Shown: positions 9,806 through 20,369, numbered from the stretch's first letter. The stretch is 64,000 bases of DNA from TPA_inf: Saccharomyces (GCA_000146045.2 BK006939.2:448001-512000); one strand, 5' to 3'. The notes: generated from the sequence alone by a model not told the origin. Translations and numbers: made by a program.

Positions 9806-12223
9806 TCAAAAAATTCTTTCGTAAAATAAAACATATGCACTGGGTGTGATAAATTCAGTACTAAACGTTATAGGACGATAAAGCGAGTCATCGAAAAAAT
9901 ACCAACCTTTTTTTGGTCCCTTATAAACGTATGAAGTATAGTGTCCCCCATACAAACTCCCCGAATGACATGCAACCCCATACAGTCTGTATCTAAATGG
10001 TGGTACTTGGCCCCTGGTAGGAATGTCCTCATTAACAATAGCTTCATGATTAAAATCTCTCGCCCAATATGGTGTAAGATCTAAGGAGTAAGGATATTGG
10101 ACAAACACATTATTCTTATTCATTTGATTGTCAAATCGTTTCAAATTAATAATTAGTTTCTTAGGCAATCTAGTAATCTTCAGTTGTTTAGTGGAAGGCT
10201 GCTTTTTTAAGCATTTAGGACATGACCATTGTTCATCGACACCTAACCTTTCGCATTTGGTGAATTCCCGGAAACAGTCTAATATGTTACAAGTTTTAAC
10301 GCGTGGGACAGGAACAGAAAGAACAGAGAATGTTTGGTAAGTTGTGGAGGTATGTTCACAAACTTGACATTGTAGCCTAGATGCGTACTGTCCTTGGAAA
10401 AGGTCAATTATCGCACTGAAGTCGGTAAGCAAAAATCTTTCCCACTCGAGAGCACTAGCTTTGCGTATGGACATTTTTTCTCTCATTCGTTCTTCCTCAT
10501 CTGATAACTGTTTAAGATGCTTTTTGCTGCCGTTTTGGTTCAAATCCTCGTGCAAGCCATCAAGCAAAAATTGACAAAATTCTTGACAATCTTGCTGCAT
10601 TGAATCACTATACATGGGGTTGATATGGCCGCAAATTTTTTTAAACTGAATAGTCTGAACTGGTATCGTTCTTACGTTAGGAGGTGTGAATGCACCGTGT
10701 CTGTGCATATTATTGACCAAGATGGCGAAATTTTTAGCTAGCAACCCCTTAGAACCTCTTGAACTATCAAAATTAATAAAATTCAGATATGTGTTATCCA
10801 AAAACATTCGAACCAAATCGTGTGTTCCCACCAAACATTGAAGTATACAGTTCATATAACAACAGTTACCTATATTTTCCAATCCTACTATAAGATCTAG
10901 ATCAAGCACTTGTGAGTTGTTTAGGATGGTCTGCCTCGACGAAGACAAGTTCTGTTGTGGTAAAGGCGGAATACGTGGCGAGAATACATTCGATGCAGGG
11001 GGCAAATAGGCATGGGCTTGTGCAGCGCGGATATCTGGCGATATTCTTTCCACAGTGTTTGCTTTATTTTGAATGGTCGAGGGTGTATTGAGTTTTGAGA
11101 GAGTGGTTGGTGGATGTGGACTAAATTTTTGAACGGTGGGAGAATTTCTGTTGGGGCTTGGTTGCGGTATAATGGGCAAATCTGAATAGTATAAGGGTAA
11201 TTGAGGCCTTTGCACCGTTGTTAGCAAAGGCTGCGTATTCATGGATACCATCGGCATACTCTTATCTTTATTTGGAGATAGAGATTTCTGATTGAACAAG
11301 CCTGTTGGGACTTGCGGACTACCAAAAGCTGGCGTTGAAGACGAGGATGTAAGATGCGCTGTTTCACTGACAGATGATTGATACGCCCCACCTAATTTAA
11401 CCCAGTTTGAGAACCCATTTTCCAAAATGAGTATTTTCGTCCCACTCAGCGGTTTAATTACTGAATTTTGGGAAAGAATCTTCGCAAGGATGCGAGTTTG
11501 CCTTTGCTGGAAATTATTATGCAATTGAGTGTCAGTATATAAAATAATGAACTTGAACTTGTCTCGATTTGAAAAGAAAGTGATATCTGAGTGCGGCGAA
11601 GTGATCAAAGAGACACTTTCAATTTGTTGGTCTGTAAAAGAATCCTTAAATGAGGCAGGATCGATGCATATAATGTTTTTGCATTTGATATGGGCCCTAA
11701 CGAATTCAGACCTGGGCCGTACATCGATAAGCAAGAGAGCGTCACCATGAAAATGCAACATTGAACTTAATTTTCCAGGCTCTATAGTTTGCAACTGTAT
11801 AAATTTAGGGTAATTTTCAATGACATTTCGAATCCGCTCAATATTTGGGTCATTATGCAAAAGCTGGATTCTCTCCCCGTACAAATTTCTAACATTCTGG
11901 TCCTTGTTGCTCGAAAATTCCTTTAGTCTTGGTAGAGTATCCTCCAAGAGCGTATATACGATCATGTAATATAAAAAAGCTGTTTCATTCAATCGGAGAA
12001 ACCCCTTTGACAACCGGTTTGCATCTTCTTTAGGGGCCTGCATGGTTATATCCTGGCATGCGTCCACATAACTAGACCATATTTCTGCGCATTCTTGGAG
12101 CAAAGGCAGACACTCTTGTGGCACGTCGTCATCATCAAGAAACTTCTGAACTAAATGCCTAAGCCTGCCGAACCGCTCTTTAGCAGATTCGACAACCTCA
12201 CTTAAGGCTTGTTCTGAGCCCAT
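9806..12223 (-). CDS. UBP5: Ubiquitin-specific protease Ubp5, 805 aa, with a rhodanese domain and USP catalytic domain.
   Basis: The ORF track gives 900 aa from 12508. The Met at 12223 (MGSEQALSEVVES) gives 805 aa. The Cys box (GLENIGNCCYMNCILQCL) and His box (YRLYGVACHSGSLYGGHYTSYV) are present. Confidence 0.9.
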   Translation of the reverse strand: MGSEQALSEVVESAKERFGRLRHLVQKFLDDDDVPQECLPLLQECAEIWSSYVDACQDITMQAPKEDANRLSKGFLRLNETAFLYYMIVYTLLEDTLPRLKEFSSNKDQNVRNLYGERIQLLHNDPNIERIRNVIENYPKFIQLQTIEPGKLSSMLHFHGDALLLIDVRPRSEFVRAHIKCKNIICIDPASFKDSFTDQQIESVSLITSPHSDITFFSNRDKFKFIILYTDTQLHNNFQQRQTRILAKILSQNSVIKPLSGTKILILENGFSNWVKLGGAYQSSVSETAHLTSSSSTPAFGSPQVPTGLFNQKSLSPNKDKSMPMVSMNTQPLLTTVQRPQLPLYYSDLPIIPQPSPNRNSPTVQKFSPHPPTTLSKLNTPSTIQNKANTVERISPDIRAAQAHAYLPPASNVFSPRIPPLPQQNLSSSRQTILNNSQVLDLDLIVGLENIGNCCYMNCILQCLVGTHDLVRMFLDNTYLNFINFDSSRGSKGLLAKNFAILVNNMHRHGAFTPPNVRTIPVQTIQFKKICGHINPMYSDSMQQDCQEFCQFLLDGLHEDLNQNGSKKHLKQLSDEEERMREKMSIRKASALEWERFLLTDFSAIIDLFQGQYASRLQCQVCEHTSTTYQTFSVLSVPVPRVKTCNILDCFREFTKCERLGVDEQWSCPKCLKKQPSTKQLKITRLPKKLIINLKRFDNQMNKNNVFVQYPYSLDLTPYWARDFNHEAIVNEDIPTRGQVPPFRYRLYGVACHSGSLYGGHYTSYVYKGPKKGWYFFDDSLYRPITFSTEFITPSAYVLFYERIF

Positions 12224-12525
12224 TACGCTTGTGCCTATTTGTGTAGAGAGATAATAAAGAAAGGACTCCACATACGTTGGAGAATACCTAGCAACTAAAT
12301 ATAGCTGGTGTTTACTTGATGTGTTGAAGTGAGGCGCAAGGAAAAAAGAAAAAAAATCAATGCCCGGTAGATCAATTGGACCAGGGGTTCTTGTTTTGCG
12401 ACGCCGTACAGACAAGGCCAACTTTATAAAAACGATATTAGAAATTATTGTATATATGTATATAAATGTAGTATTTTTATCAACAGAAAATAGGTGGAAA
12501 ACTCCCACCCTGTGCTAGACTTCAT

Positions 12526-13740
12526 TCAAAGAGAGTCGGCTTTAACGTGGAGGACTTCCTTGTCTGTGGCGACGTTTTGAGACGAGGAATGACTGGTAGT
12601 TTGCTCGGGAAGTTCGTAGTTCTCTTGCACATTGATCTCACCATCTTCATTGAAGTTGATGTTCTCCATCTTGGCAAACAGTTGTCTCTTTTGCTCTTCC
12701 GTCAACTCCTGCTTTTTCTTGTTCTTGATCCAGTATCCTGGGTTCAAGTGTTTCAATTGTAAGTTTTTGGTGAAAGGCAAGTGACCACGCCTTTCTTCGA
12801 ATATCATTAAACTCAACACAATGATAAGAACCAACCAATAGATGTTGTAACAAAGCATGGATGACAAGTAGCCGGTGTTCTGCCATCCAAGCAAAGCATT
12901 GAAGATATCCCACCCATTGTCCAGTTCTGGGTTGCAACAATTGACATGGTAAACGGCCTTTCTGATGTTATAAGACCCATTACCATCACCGCCTTCGGAA
13001 GCATCACCACCACTGGCAAGGTTGAATCTGTAATTTTCAAAGTACCACGCACCACGAGAGAAAAGACCGGCGGAGATCAGGTACAAGATCGAAGTAGACA
13101 AAATCAAGAAAATCTGCAGCGAGGATTTCGAAGCACCATAGTACAACAAATACCCAACAAGACCACCACATATCAAACCAACCACAACGGGCAATGGGTA
13201 AGCAGAGGCGTGCGAGCCCTGTGTGGTAATACCTGCACCGGCAACGAACACAACAGCTTCCAAACCTTCTCTCAAGACAGTAATAAACGGCAAAAGGAAC
13301 ATAGCATATCTTCTACTCAAGAACCCAATCTTGAAATAGTCTCTCTTACGGTGAGGAATCTCCACCAACGACCGCGCAATCTTCACTCTCCACTTACTCT
13401 GCATCTTATTCATTCTCAACATAGGAATACCCATCATCGAGATCATTATCGTCGCAATCATACAAAAGATACCTTCCCACAAGTCTTCCGCGCTTCCGAA
13501 AATATCCTTCTGCAGCGAATAGTACGCACCGATGAAACCTGCACCGATGGCCAGACAAATGATGAACCCGAGTAACACACCGACCCAAACCTGAATCCTT
13601 AATTTACGGTACAGCGCCCGGTCATGTTCCCCGATTGCCTGTTTCAAAAACGATAGCAGCACGGAAATAACAATCACTGCTTCCAAGCACTCTCTGAACA
13701 CAACGAAGAAAACGGCCACGTTAAACACTTTGTTAGGCAT
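12526..13740 (-). CDS. FTR1: High-affinity iron permease Ftr1, 404 aa, with REGLE motifs.
   Basis: The Met at 13740 (MPNKVFNVAVFFVVFRECLEAVIV) gives 404 aa. Two RExxE motifs (RECLEAV and REGLEAV) and multiple transmembrane helices are present. Confidence 0.92.
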   Translation of the reverse strand: MPNKVFNVAVFFVVFRECLEAVIVISVLLSFLKQAIGEHDRALYRKLRIQVWVGVLLGFIICLAIGAGFIGAYYSLQKDIFGSAEDLWEGIFCMIATIMISMMGIPMLRMNKMQSKWRVKIARSLVEIPHRKRDYFKIGFLSRRYAMFLLPFITVLREGLEAVVFVAGAGITTQGSHASAYPLPVVVGLICGGLVGYLLYYGASKSSLQIFLILSTSILYLISAGLFSRGAWYFENYRFNLASGGDASEGGDGNGSYNIRKAVYHVNCCNPELDNGWDIFNALLGWQNTGYLSSMLCYNIYWLVLIIVLSLMIFEERRGHLPFTKNLQLKHLNPGYWIKNKKKQELTEEQKRQLFAKMENINFNEDGEINVQENYELPEQTTSHSSSQNVATDKEVLHVKADSL

Positions 13741-13908
13741 GGCGGGAAGTATATGTGTGATGACCTGCTGAGAGAAGATTTCGACAACGTACAATCCGTC
13801 GTGTTATGTATTTTTTTGCTCACATTGAGCATTTTATATAACTAAAAGCTCAAGGTCGAACTACAGCCCATCGCTTCCACCGGGCCTTGCAACACCAACT
13901 TAGAAATC

Positions 13909-13915
13909 GGGTGCA
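13909..13915 (-). promoter_or_regulatory. Aft1/Aft2 iron-responsive element (TGCACCC) in the FTR1 promoter, about 170 bp upstream of the ATG.
   Basis: GGGTGCA on the plus strand is TGCACCC on the FTR1 strand, matching the Aft1 consensus YRCACCCR. Confidence 0.65.
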
Positions 13916-14584
13916 TTCATCTACGCTGTGCAGAGAATGAAATGCGCACCTTCTTACTGCTGCGACGGTGCTCGGCACGGCTTACGCGGGCGGGGGAAGG
14001 AAATAGCGGCCTGGCGTGAGTCGGCAGTCAGCGGCGGGCTCACTGTACTCGCTCGTTTAATGCACCAGCAGTATTCGCGCACTTAATAATAGTATTTCTG
14101 CACCCTGGCCTGGAAAGAATGCTCGATGCGCCCTGGTTGATTGGCGCAGAGCGTGTGTCAGTGCCGGACCCGATTTCTTTTTTTCTACACGTTGGTCTGA
14201 TGTCTCAGGAGTTAGTAGTGACCGTGGTCAAGAAAAAAACAGGACGAAAAATTGTTGAGAACGTATACGTATATTGTATTCTTCTTTTTTTTCTTTGCTG
14301 CCCTTTTATTATCTATTTCATTTTTTAACCAGAGGCAATCGTAAGAGAGAGATAATATAGCCCTTTTTGGTCTTTTTTGGCACCTTCAGCCGGACCCTGC
14401 TCTTTTATTACCCGGATGCTCGGGTTTTGTCTTTGCATCCGGGTAGCAAAACAGAATACTTGCTTTCTTATTGAAGTAGAAAAAATACAGAGAAAGCGAA
14501 AAAGGCTTCCTTGGCGGATAGATGGTCTCACAACAAGCATAGCGTATACACGTGCACTCACAAGCATACACAGAAGCGCGCAAA

Positions 14585-14866
14585 ATGAGTCTACCGGAGA
14601 TTTTGCCTTTGGAAGTCATAGATAAAACAATTAACCAGAAAGTGTTGATTGTGCTGCAGTCGAACCGCGAGTTCGAGGGCACGTTAGTTGGTTTCGACGA
14701 CTTCGTCAACGTTATACTGGAAGACGCTGTCGAGTGGCTTATCGATCCTGAGGACGAGAGCAGAAATGAGAAAGTTATGCAGCACCATGGCAGAATGCTT
14801 TTAAGCGGCAACAATATTGCCATCCTTGTGCCAGGCGGCAAAAAGACCCCTACGGAGGCGTTGTAA
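14585..14866 (+). CDS. LSM5: Sm-like protein Lsm5, 93 aa.
   Basis: The Met at 14585 (MSLPEILPLEVIDKTINQKVLIVLQSNREFEGTLVGFDDFVNVIL) shows an Sm fold signature. It is 93 aa. Confidence 0.9.
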   Translation: MSLPEILPLEVIDKTINQKVLIVLQSNREFEGTLVGFDDFVNVILEDAVEWLIDPEDESRNEKVMQHHGRMLLSGNNIAILVPGGKKTPTEAL

Positions 14867-14940
14867 AAAGGCAAAAATTAACGCGAATTTGTATAGTGCA
14901 TCTAAAAAAAATAATTAAGTATAAAAATAGATAAAGGAAA

Positions 14941-14966
14941 TCAAGTGTTTCTTTTTTTTTTTTTGG
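14941..14966. terminator. T15 tract in the 101-bp convergent LSM5/SCC4 3' intergenic region. Probable shared 3'-end and terminator region.
   Basis: GTGTTTCTTTTTTTTTTTTTTGGTTT lies between the LSM5 stop (14866) and the SCC4 stop (14968). Confidence 0.4.
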
Positions 14967-14967
14967 T

Positions 14968-16842
14968 TTATTGTTTGACACTGGTGATTTGCTTAACCAG
15001 CGCCTCCAGCTTCGCGTTCGTGAGAGCGACGTCTTTTCCCCGCATCGCCACCGTACAATTCATTAAATGCCATATTCCGATCACGTATTGGACCTTGCGC
15101 ATGCCGCCCTGCTGGCGGCACATATCGAAACACTTTGCTGAAATCGCATAGATCTCGCCCAGATCGTGTTCGAGCATTCGACCGCCTAAGTAGTTTACCA
15201 GTATTTGCAGCAACAGAGCCTTCTTCAATTTGAAGCGGTTGTCCGCAACGGCTTCTCCGGCAACGAACTTGTTGCTAGAGTAGAACTCGCGGAGCTTCGA
15301 CACGTACTCGGCGCGCTGCTTGTCACTACATGGCAGCGGGTTCCAACTGAACGGCTCGAAATGGCTGAAAAGCCATAGGATCGTTACTGTGCACTCCCAT
15401 ATGGGGTTGAACTGCAGATCCGTTTCTTGTAGCAATTTCTCCACCTGAAGCCACACCTTGTTGCATTGCTCTACGAGTTCGCCCTGTTTGTCCCCCGAAC
15501 ATCGGCTCACTCTTGCCGCCTGCACTGTGTAGCAATTCAGAAGCGATATCATCTTCACCTCGCTGGATGTACCGCCAGATTGTGCAAGCCGCGTGTACTC
15601 TTCTACGGCCCCGCCGCCTTCAAACTGAACCTTCATGGCTTGCAGCAGCCTCACGTAGCCTGGAGAGGGCCCTAACTTAGGTGACTCGGTCGTCACTACG
15701 GCCCCCTTCAAGAGTGTTTGTTCCCACACTTTGTAAAACTCACAGAATTCAAGAATGCTCTTGTATGTCTGGATTCGTGAGTCCAGCTCATTCATCGAAA
15801 CACCGCCAGCGGCAATGTTCTTAATCAGTTTCTGCGTTGTAGAATAGACTTTGGGGAGGAACTTCCTGGAAAAATTGCCCTTTTCGTCATAACAGTTCAC
15901 GATGTAGCTGACACTTTGCAATAATAACAGTATGTTCTTTAATTCTTTGTAGTGGAAAATCATAGGCAACTCTACTTTCAGCGCTATCCTTGGCATGATT
16001 TTGATCACACATCCCTTACCTTCATTAGTGACTAGAGATTGCTTGTTTGTGTCAAAGAAATTTTTGAATTCGTTCAAGTGGTCCGTAATATTCCCGTCTT
16101 TACAAAGCTGGATTACCATCTCTAATGCCAACTTCCATGCATATAGCTCAGGCCCCACCGTGTGCAGCTCCGTGCTTCGCAGCTCCTGCAGAGCATCCTC
16201 GGGGATTGGGAACCTCTCATTTAGCAAGTAATTCACATAACACAGATTTAGAAACCATTTCCATTGTGACTTTTCCCGACATTGCGAGAGTAGCCCATGA
16301 AAACTCGTCTTCACCCTGCGGTGCTGTTTCAGCTTAATGCAAAGCATCACGCCGACATACTGGAATACGGATGCCCAATTTTGATACAACTCATCCTGCA
16401 AATTTACCATGTACTGGACTAATTCATTGCAATTTCTTAGTGCAATCTTATAGTGGAACTTACTGTCTCTCATAAGTGGCAAGTCATGTAACAGCAGAAA
16501 CTCGCAACGCATGATCTCTTCTACCAAATCTGTGTCGCTCTGGTGCGTTTGTAACCGTTCTTTCAAACTGGAAATGTAAAGCTCTGCTAGGTCAAAATTA
16601 TACGTCTCCTGTATCAATAACTCCACCATCTCAAACGTGACCTTACTATCCTCCAGAACTGAAAGCGTACATTTCGTTTTCAATAGCTGAAACATCTGGA
16701 TAGACATGTTCATGAGGCCATAATACTGCTTCAACCCTTCCTCAGAACCGATTTTATTCGCAATTGAATATGCATGGTCTCTGTATTCCTGTGCTAAGTG
16801 GTATACTTGTGAAATACTAAGTTTGTCGCCAAGATTTTCCAT
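14968..16842 (-). CDS. SCC4: Cohesin loader subunit Scc4, 624 aa.
   Basis: The Met at 16842 (MENLGDKLSISQVYHLAQEYRDHAY) gives 624 aa. The ORF track entry extends 13 codons further upstream. The protein looks TPR-like and helical. Confidence 0.85.
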   Translation of the reverse strand: MENLGDKLSISQVYHLAQEYRDHAYSIANKIGSEEGLKQYYGLMNMSIQMFQLLKTKCTLSVLEDSKVTFEMVELLIQETYNFDLAELYISSLKERLQTHQSDTDLVEEIMRCEFLLLHDLPLMRDSKFHYKIALRNCNELVQYMVNLQDELYQNWASVFQYVGVMLCIKLKQHRRVKTSFHGLLSQCREKSQWKWFLNLCYVNYLLNERFPIPEDALQELRSTELHTVGPELYAWKLALEMVIQLCKDGNITDHLNEFKNFFDTNKQSLVTNEGKGCVIKIMPRIALKVELPMIFHYKELKNILLLLQSVSYIVNCYDEKGNFSRKFLPKVYSTTQKLIKNIAAGGVSMNELDSRIQTYKSILEFCEFYKVWEQTLLKGAVVTTESPKLGPSPGYVRLLQAMKVQFEGGGAVEEYTRLAQSGGTSSEVKMISLLNCYTVQAARVSRCSGDKQGELVEQCNKVWLQVEKLLQETDLQFNPIWECTVTILWLFSHFEPFSWNPLPCSDKQRAEYVSKLREFYSSNKFVAGEAVADNRFKLKKALLLQILVNYLGGRMLEHDLGEIYAISAKCFDMCRQQGGMRKVQYVIGIWHLMNCTVAMRGKDVALTNAKLEALVKQITSVKQ

Positions 16843-17039
16843 GAATTTGTACTTCTTTCGAAATCGTTCAATTTCTACCAATACTGATTCCCCTCTGATA
16901 GCTGAGATGTCGGGATTCCCTTTGCTGATAGATCTAACTCATCTCTTTACGTATTTTAATTGTGAAGCCGTAAATAGTTATCTTCCAAGTTTCTCTTACG
17001 CGAGCTTTTTGGGAAAAGAAAAAAATTTGAAGATCTACA

Positions 17040-17046
17040 TATAAAA
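17040..17046 (+). promoter_or_regulatory. Candidate TATA element (TATAAAA) in the SCC4/SPT15 divergent promoter.
   Basis: TATAAAA lies about 260 bp upstream of the SPT15 ATG. No other support. Confidence 0.3.
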
Positions 17047-17302
17047 CATGGCTTCAAAGGATTACTAATGACTTTTTTTACCTTGATAGGTATTCTTGAT
17101 GGTAAGAGTAAACAAGGGACGTGAAAATTACAGTAGTTACTGTTTTTTTTGGACTATAAGATCGGGGGAAAGATAACACATAAGAAATAAAACGACTACT
17201 AGTTAGACTGCTCTGCGGAAGAAGCAAGGAAGTAAAGGCTGCATTTTATTTTTCTTTTCTAGTCCAACATAAACAGGTGTATCAAGAGAAACTTTTTTAA
17301 TT

Positions 17303-18025
17303 ATGGCCGATGAGGAACGTTTAAAGGAGTTTAAAGAGGCAAACAAGATAGTGTTTGATCCAAATACCAGACAAGTATGGGAAAACCAGAATCGAGATGG
17401 TACAAAACCAGCAACTACTTTCCAGAGTGAAGAGGACATAAAAAGAGCTGCCCCAGAATCTGAAAAAGACACCTCCGCCACATCAGGTATTGTTCCAACA
17501 CTACAAAACATTGTGGCAACTGTGACTTTGGGGTGCAGGTTAGATCTGAAAACAGTTGCGCTACATGCCCGTAATGCAGAATATAACCCCAAGCGTTTTG
17601 CTGCTGTCATCATGCGTATTAGAGAGCCAAAAACTACAGCTTTAATTTTTGCCTCAGGGAAAATGGTTGTTACCGGTGCAAAAAGTGAGGATGACTCAAA
17701 GCTGGCCAGTAGAAAATATGCAAGAATTATCCAAAAAATCGGGTTTGCTGCTAAATTCACAGACTTCAAAATACAAAATATTGTCGGTTCGTGTGACGTT
17801 AAATTCCCTATACGTCTAGAAGGGTTAGCATTCAGTCATGGTACTTTCTCCTCCTATGAGCCAGAATTGTTTCCTGGTTTGATCTATAGAATGGTGAAGC
17901 CGAAAATTGTGTTGTTAATTTTTGTTTCAGGAAAGATTGTTCTTACTGGTGCAAAGCAAAGGGAAGAAATTTACCAAGCTTTTGAAGCTATATACCCTGT
18001 GCTAAGTGAATTTAGAAAAATGTGA
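17303..18025 (+). CDS. SPT15: TATA-binding protein (TBP), 240 aa.
   Basis: The 240-aa ORF matches the yeast TBP sequence I recall along its whole length ([20 protein letters not shown]... two direct repeats, ...[10 protein letters not shown]). Confidence 0.97.
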
Positions 18026-18207
18026 TGGGGAAGGAGTAGACGAAAAGAAAAAAAGGTTTTCTATTTGTTCCATTTTCTCAATTATTAATGGTCCTCAAAG
18101 AAATAAAAGAAAAGGAAGAAGAAGTAATTGTAATATCAAACGGTTTTTTATAGTATATTCTTCTTATTCTATATTTATATATCAATGTTTTATAATAAGA
18201 TGTTTAT

Positions 18208-19470
18208 TCATAGCATATCTGGTGGATCGTCTCTATTAAGCGCCAGCGAGGTGTTTGCCTCTGCATTTTTCAGCAAAGCAAGCTCCCTTTCCAGCTTGAA
18301 TCTATGTTCACGCTCATCCGACAATTCTTTTTCATACTTTCTTTGTGTACTCGTAAGCACTTTTTTAAACTCACTTGTCATTATTGAAAGTGAACGTGAT
18401 CCAGAACCGCTTGTGGGGCTTCCTACAGAGGAAGGTGAACTTGGATCCCAAGTCACCGGCGAACTCGCTGGTGATGACATGCCGAAATTATGTCTGCTTG
18501 AATTCAGCTTGTTGTTGGCTTTTTCAAGTTCTTTATTTTCCTGCTCCAATTCGTGTAATTTCTTTTCAGTTTTACTCAAATTCGAGTGGTTGTTTAATAA
18601 CTTATCTTGTAATTCTCTGTTAGTCCGCGTTAGCTTCTCGATATCTTGTACATATTCGGCACGGTCATTCTCGAATTGCTTAGTCAAGAAATTGTGTGCC
18701 AGTTGCAAATCACTAAATGCCGTTTCTAGTTCTTCTAATTTTTTAGAGGAGTCTTCCTCTTGAATTGCAGCGGCGTTAGGCGAAATAGGTGGTGATGACG
18801 TATTTTTTTCTAGACTGACGCAGGTATCCAAGATAGAATTTATCCCATTTTTCAAGAACTTCACAGGGTCATCTAATGGTATTGGCTTGATATCAATGCC
18901 TTTCTGAATGGAGTTTGACATCAAGAAGGACGTTAATTCTTGAAGTATTTCATTTTTATCGTCATCAGCTTTGTCAGTATGGTAAGCACCCTTGTTAAAT
19001 TTATCTGTGCCACCCATATTAGTGGAAGACCTCGCTCTTTTAGAATTTGGGAAACTGTTGTTGTTTTCCTTCGTAAGCTGGTCTATCCCTGTAGTGTTAA
19101 TGGATTCAAGGATCCTCAGCATCATTTCATACCAATCCGCAGACTTCGGCTGCAGCTTCAGCAACTCATTGAGTGTGGGATTTAGATCATCAGAGTTCAA
19201 GTGCTCTTTTTGAACGTAGTATAGGGCGAACTCAGACACTAGCTTTTTGTCAAGGTCTATTTCTGACTCGTCATTTTTACTTCTATACAGAAGATAGTCA
19301 AAATAGTCAATGGAAGTGTATGGTCTACTATTGTGATGCGGATGTGACGGATTTTGGGAGAGAAGGTACTGTTTCAATTCATCGTATTTCAATGGATACT
19401 CTTCGTATCGTTCTGCACTAAAAAGCAAAGGGTTCGCTCTTCTCGAGAGCTCTAGATCAAATTTATGCAT
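18208..19470 (-). CDS. PEA2: Polarisome coiled-coil protein Pea2, 420 aa.
   Basis: The Met at 19470 gives 420 aa. It has an extensive heptad-repeat coiled coil (LQDKLLNNHSNLSKTEKKLHELEQENKELEKANNKL). Confidence 0.85.
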   Translation of the reverse strand: MHKFDLELSRRANPLLFSAERYEEYPLKYDELKQYLLSQNPSHPHHNSRPYTSIDYFDYLLYRSKNDESEIDLDKKLVSEFALYYVQKEHLNSDDLNPTLNELLKLQPKSADWYEMMLRILESINTTGIDQLTKENNNSFPNSKRARSSTNMGGTDKFNKGAYHTDKADDDKNEILQELTSFLMSNSIQKGIDIKPIPLDDPVKFLKNGINSILDTCVSLEKNTSSPPISPNAAAIQEEDSSKKLEELETAFSDLQLAHNFLTKQFENDRAEYVQDIEKLTRTNRELQDKLLNNHSNLSKTEKKLHELEQENKELEKANNKLNSSRHNFGMSSPASSPVTWDPSSPSSVGSPTSGSGSRSLSIMTSEFKKVLTSTQRKYEKELSDEREHRFKLERELALLKNAEANTSLALNRDDPPDML

Positions 19471-19989
19471 ATGAAACGTGATATCCACCGTTATTCTCCC
19501 TCTCGAACACAGGACTTCGATAGTATCTTTTGTAATCTGTTCAGCTCAACTATTTGTTACCATACCATCATCATCACTTTACACATACTCATCATGTGTT
19601 TATTGACGCGAGCGCGACTTGCAAGAAAAGGCATAATTGTGGCGAGGTAATGAAAAATTTTTGACGTTTCCCTCATTCATTCATACATAACATTTTGGGA
19701 TTTTGGAACAAGGCGAGAGGAGAACGTCTTTGGACCACTGTAATAGTACACAATGCAAGATATTTTAAGTTTATGCTAAAAATCCAGAAGTGACGCTTCA
19801 TCAACGGTGTCAATATGGACCGAATTTTAGTGTATCTTCAATTGTAACCGTGAGGAGTAGACTCTTTGAATACGGGGGAAGAAGAAATATCATATTCAAA
19901 GCTAATTCATTGAAATTAGTGCTTGTCTCATCTAGCCTTTAGTGCTTAATCTCTGGAGGAGCACATATGGGGTTAAAGCCATGCCGGGA

Positions 19990-20120
19990 CTGGGGGCCCC
20001 TATCGGGGCTCGAACCCGAATCCCGCGAGTATTTATTTGAAGGTCCGGGACGCAAGTTACCTAATCTGGTTAATTGATATCCCATTTAGGCGATGACGTT
20101 CCTTCCCCTCACCCCTCGGC
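19990..20120. promoter_or_regulatory. GC-rich island upstream of SPI1 with three STRE cores (CCCCT), a perfect GGGGCCCC palindrome and a B-box-like GGTTCGAGCCC.
   Basis: CCCCT occurs at 19997-20001, 20105-20109 and 20112-20116. GGCTCGAACCC at 20007-20017 (reverse complement GGGTTCGAGCC) is one mismatch from the Pol III B-box consensus GGTTCGANTCC. Confidence 0.5.
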
Positions 20121-20369
20121 TTGTTAGAAGATCTATTGTTATAGCCTCCTCTGGAAGAATTTATGCCAGATGAAGAAAAAAACTTCTCGAAGTTCCCAGA
20201 TGCCCAAATGAGGGCTTTCCATCCCTGTTAGCTGGAAAAGTGTAAGTATATCTATATAAAAAGTCGGCCTACTTTTGCCAGGTTCGTCTTTCACTTGCAC
20301 TCTCTTGATCTTACTTTCTACTCAAAAAGAATCCAATACACAAAAATAAAATCAGTACTATTACTAATA

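Noticed and set aside
9806-12508. The full 900-aa extended ORF as UBP5, and similar upstream-Met extensions for EMP65, MAG1, FTR1, LSM5, SCC4, PEA2, SPI1, UBP3, OXA1, YER156C, COG3 and GCG1.
   Set aside because: The extensions are hydrophobic or low-complexity read-through of promoter DNA. The internal Met reproduces the known protein length and a conserved N-terminus in each case.
12946-13575. A 209-aa ORF antisense to FTR1.
   Set aside because: It lies entirely inside FTR1 on the opposite strand, its composition is low-complexity and basic, and it has no homology I recognise. It is typical of a chance antisense ORF.
14386-14874. A 162-aa ORF antisense to and overlapping LSM5.
   Set aside because: It overlaps a well-supported conserved gene on the opposite strand. 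It is Cys/Ser-rich with no recognisable domain, and it looks like a dubious overlapping ORF.
19975-20070. A possible additional tRNA gene (T-arm-like hairpin plus B-box-like motif).
   Set aside because: I could not find an acceptor stem, D-arm or anticodon arm on either strand. I keep it as a regulatory or B-box-like element only.
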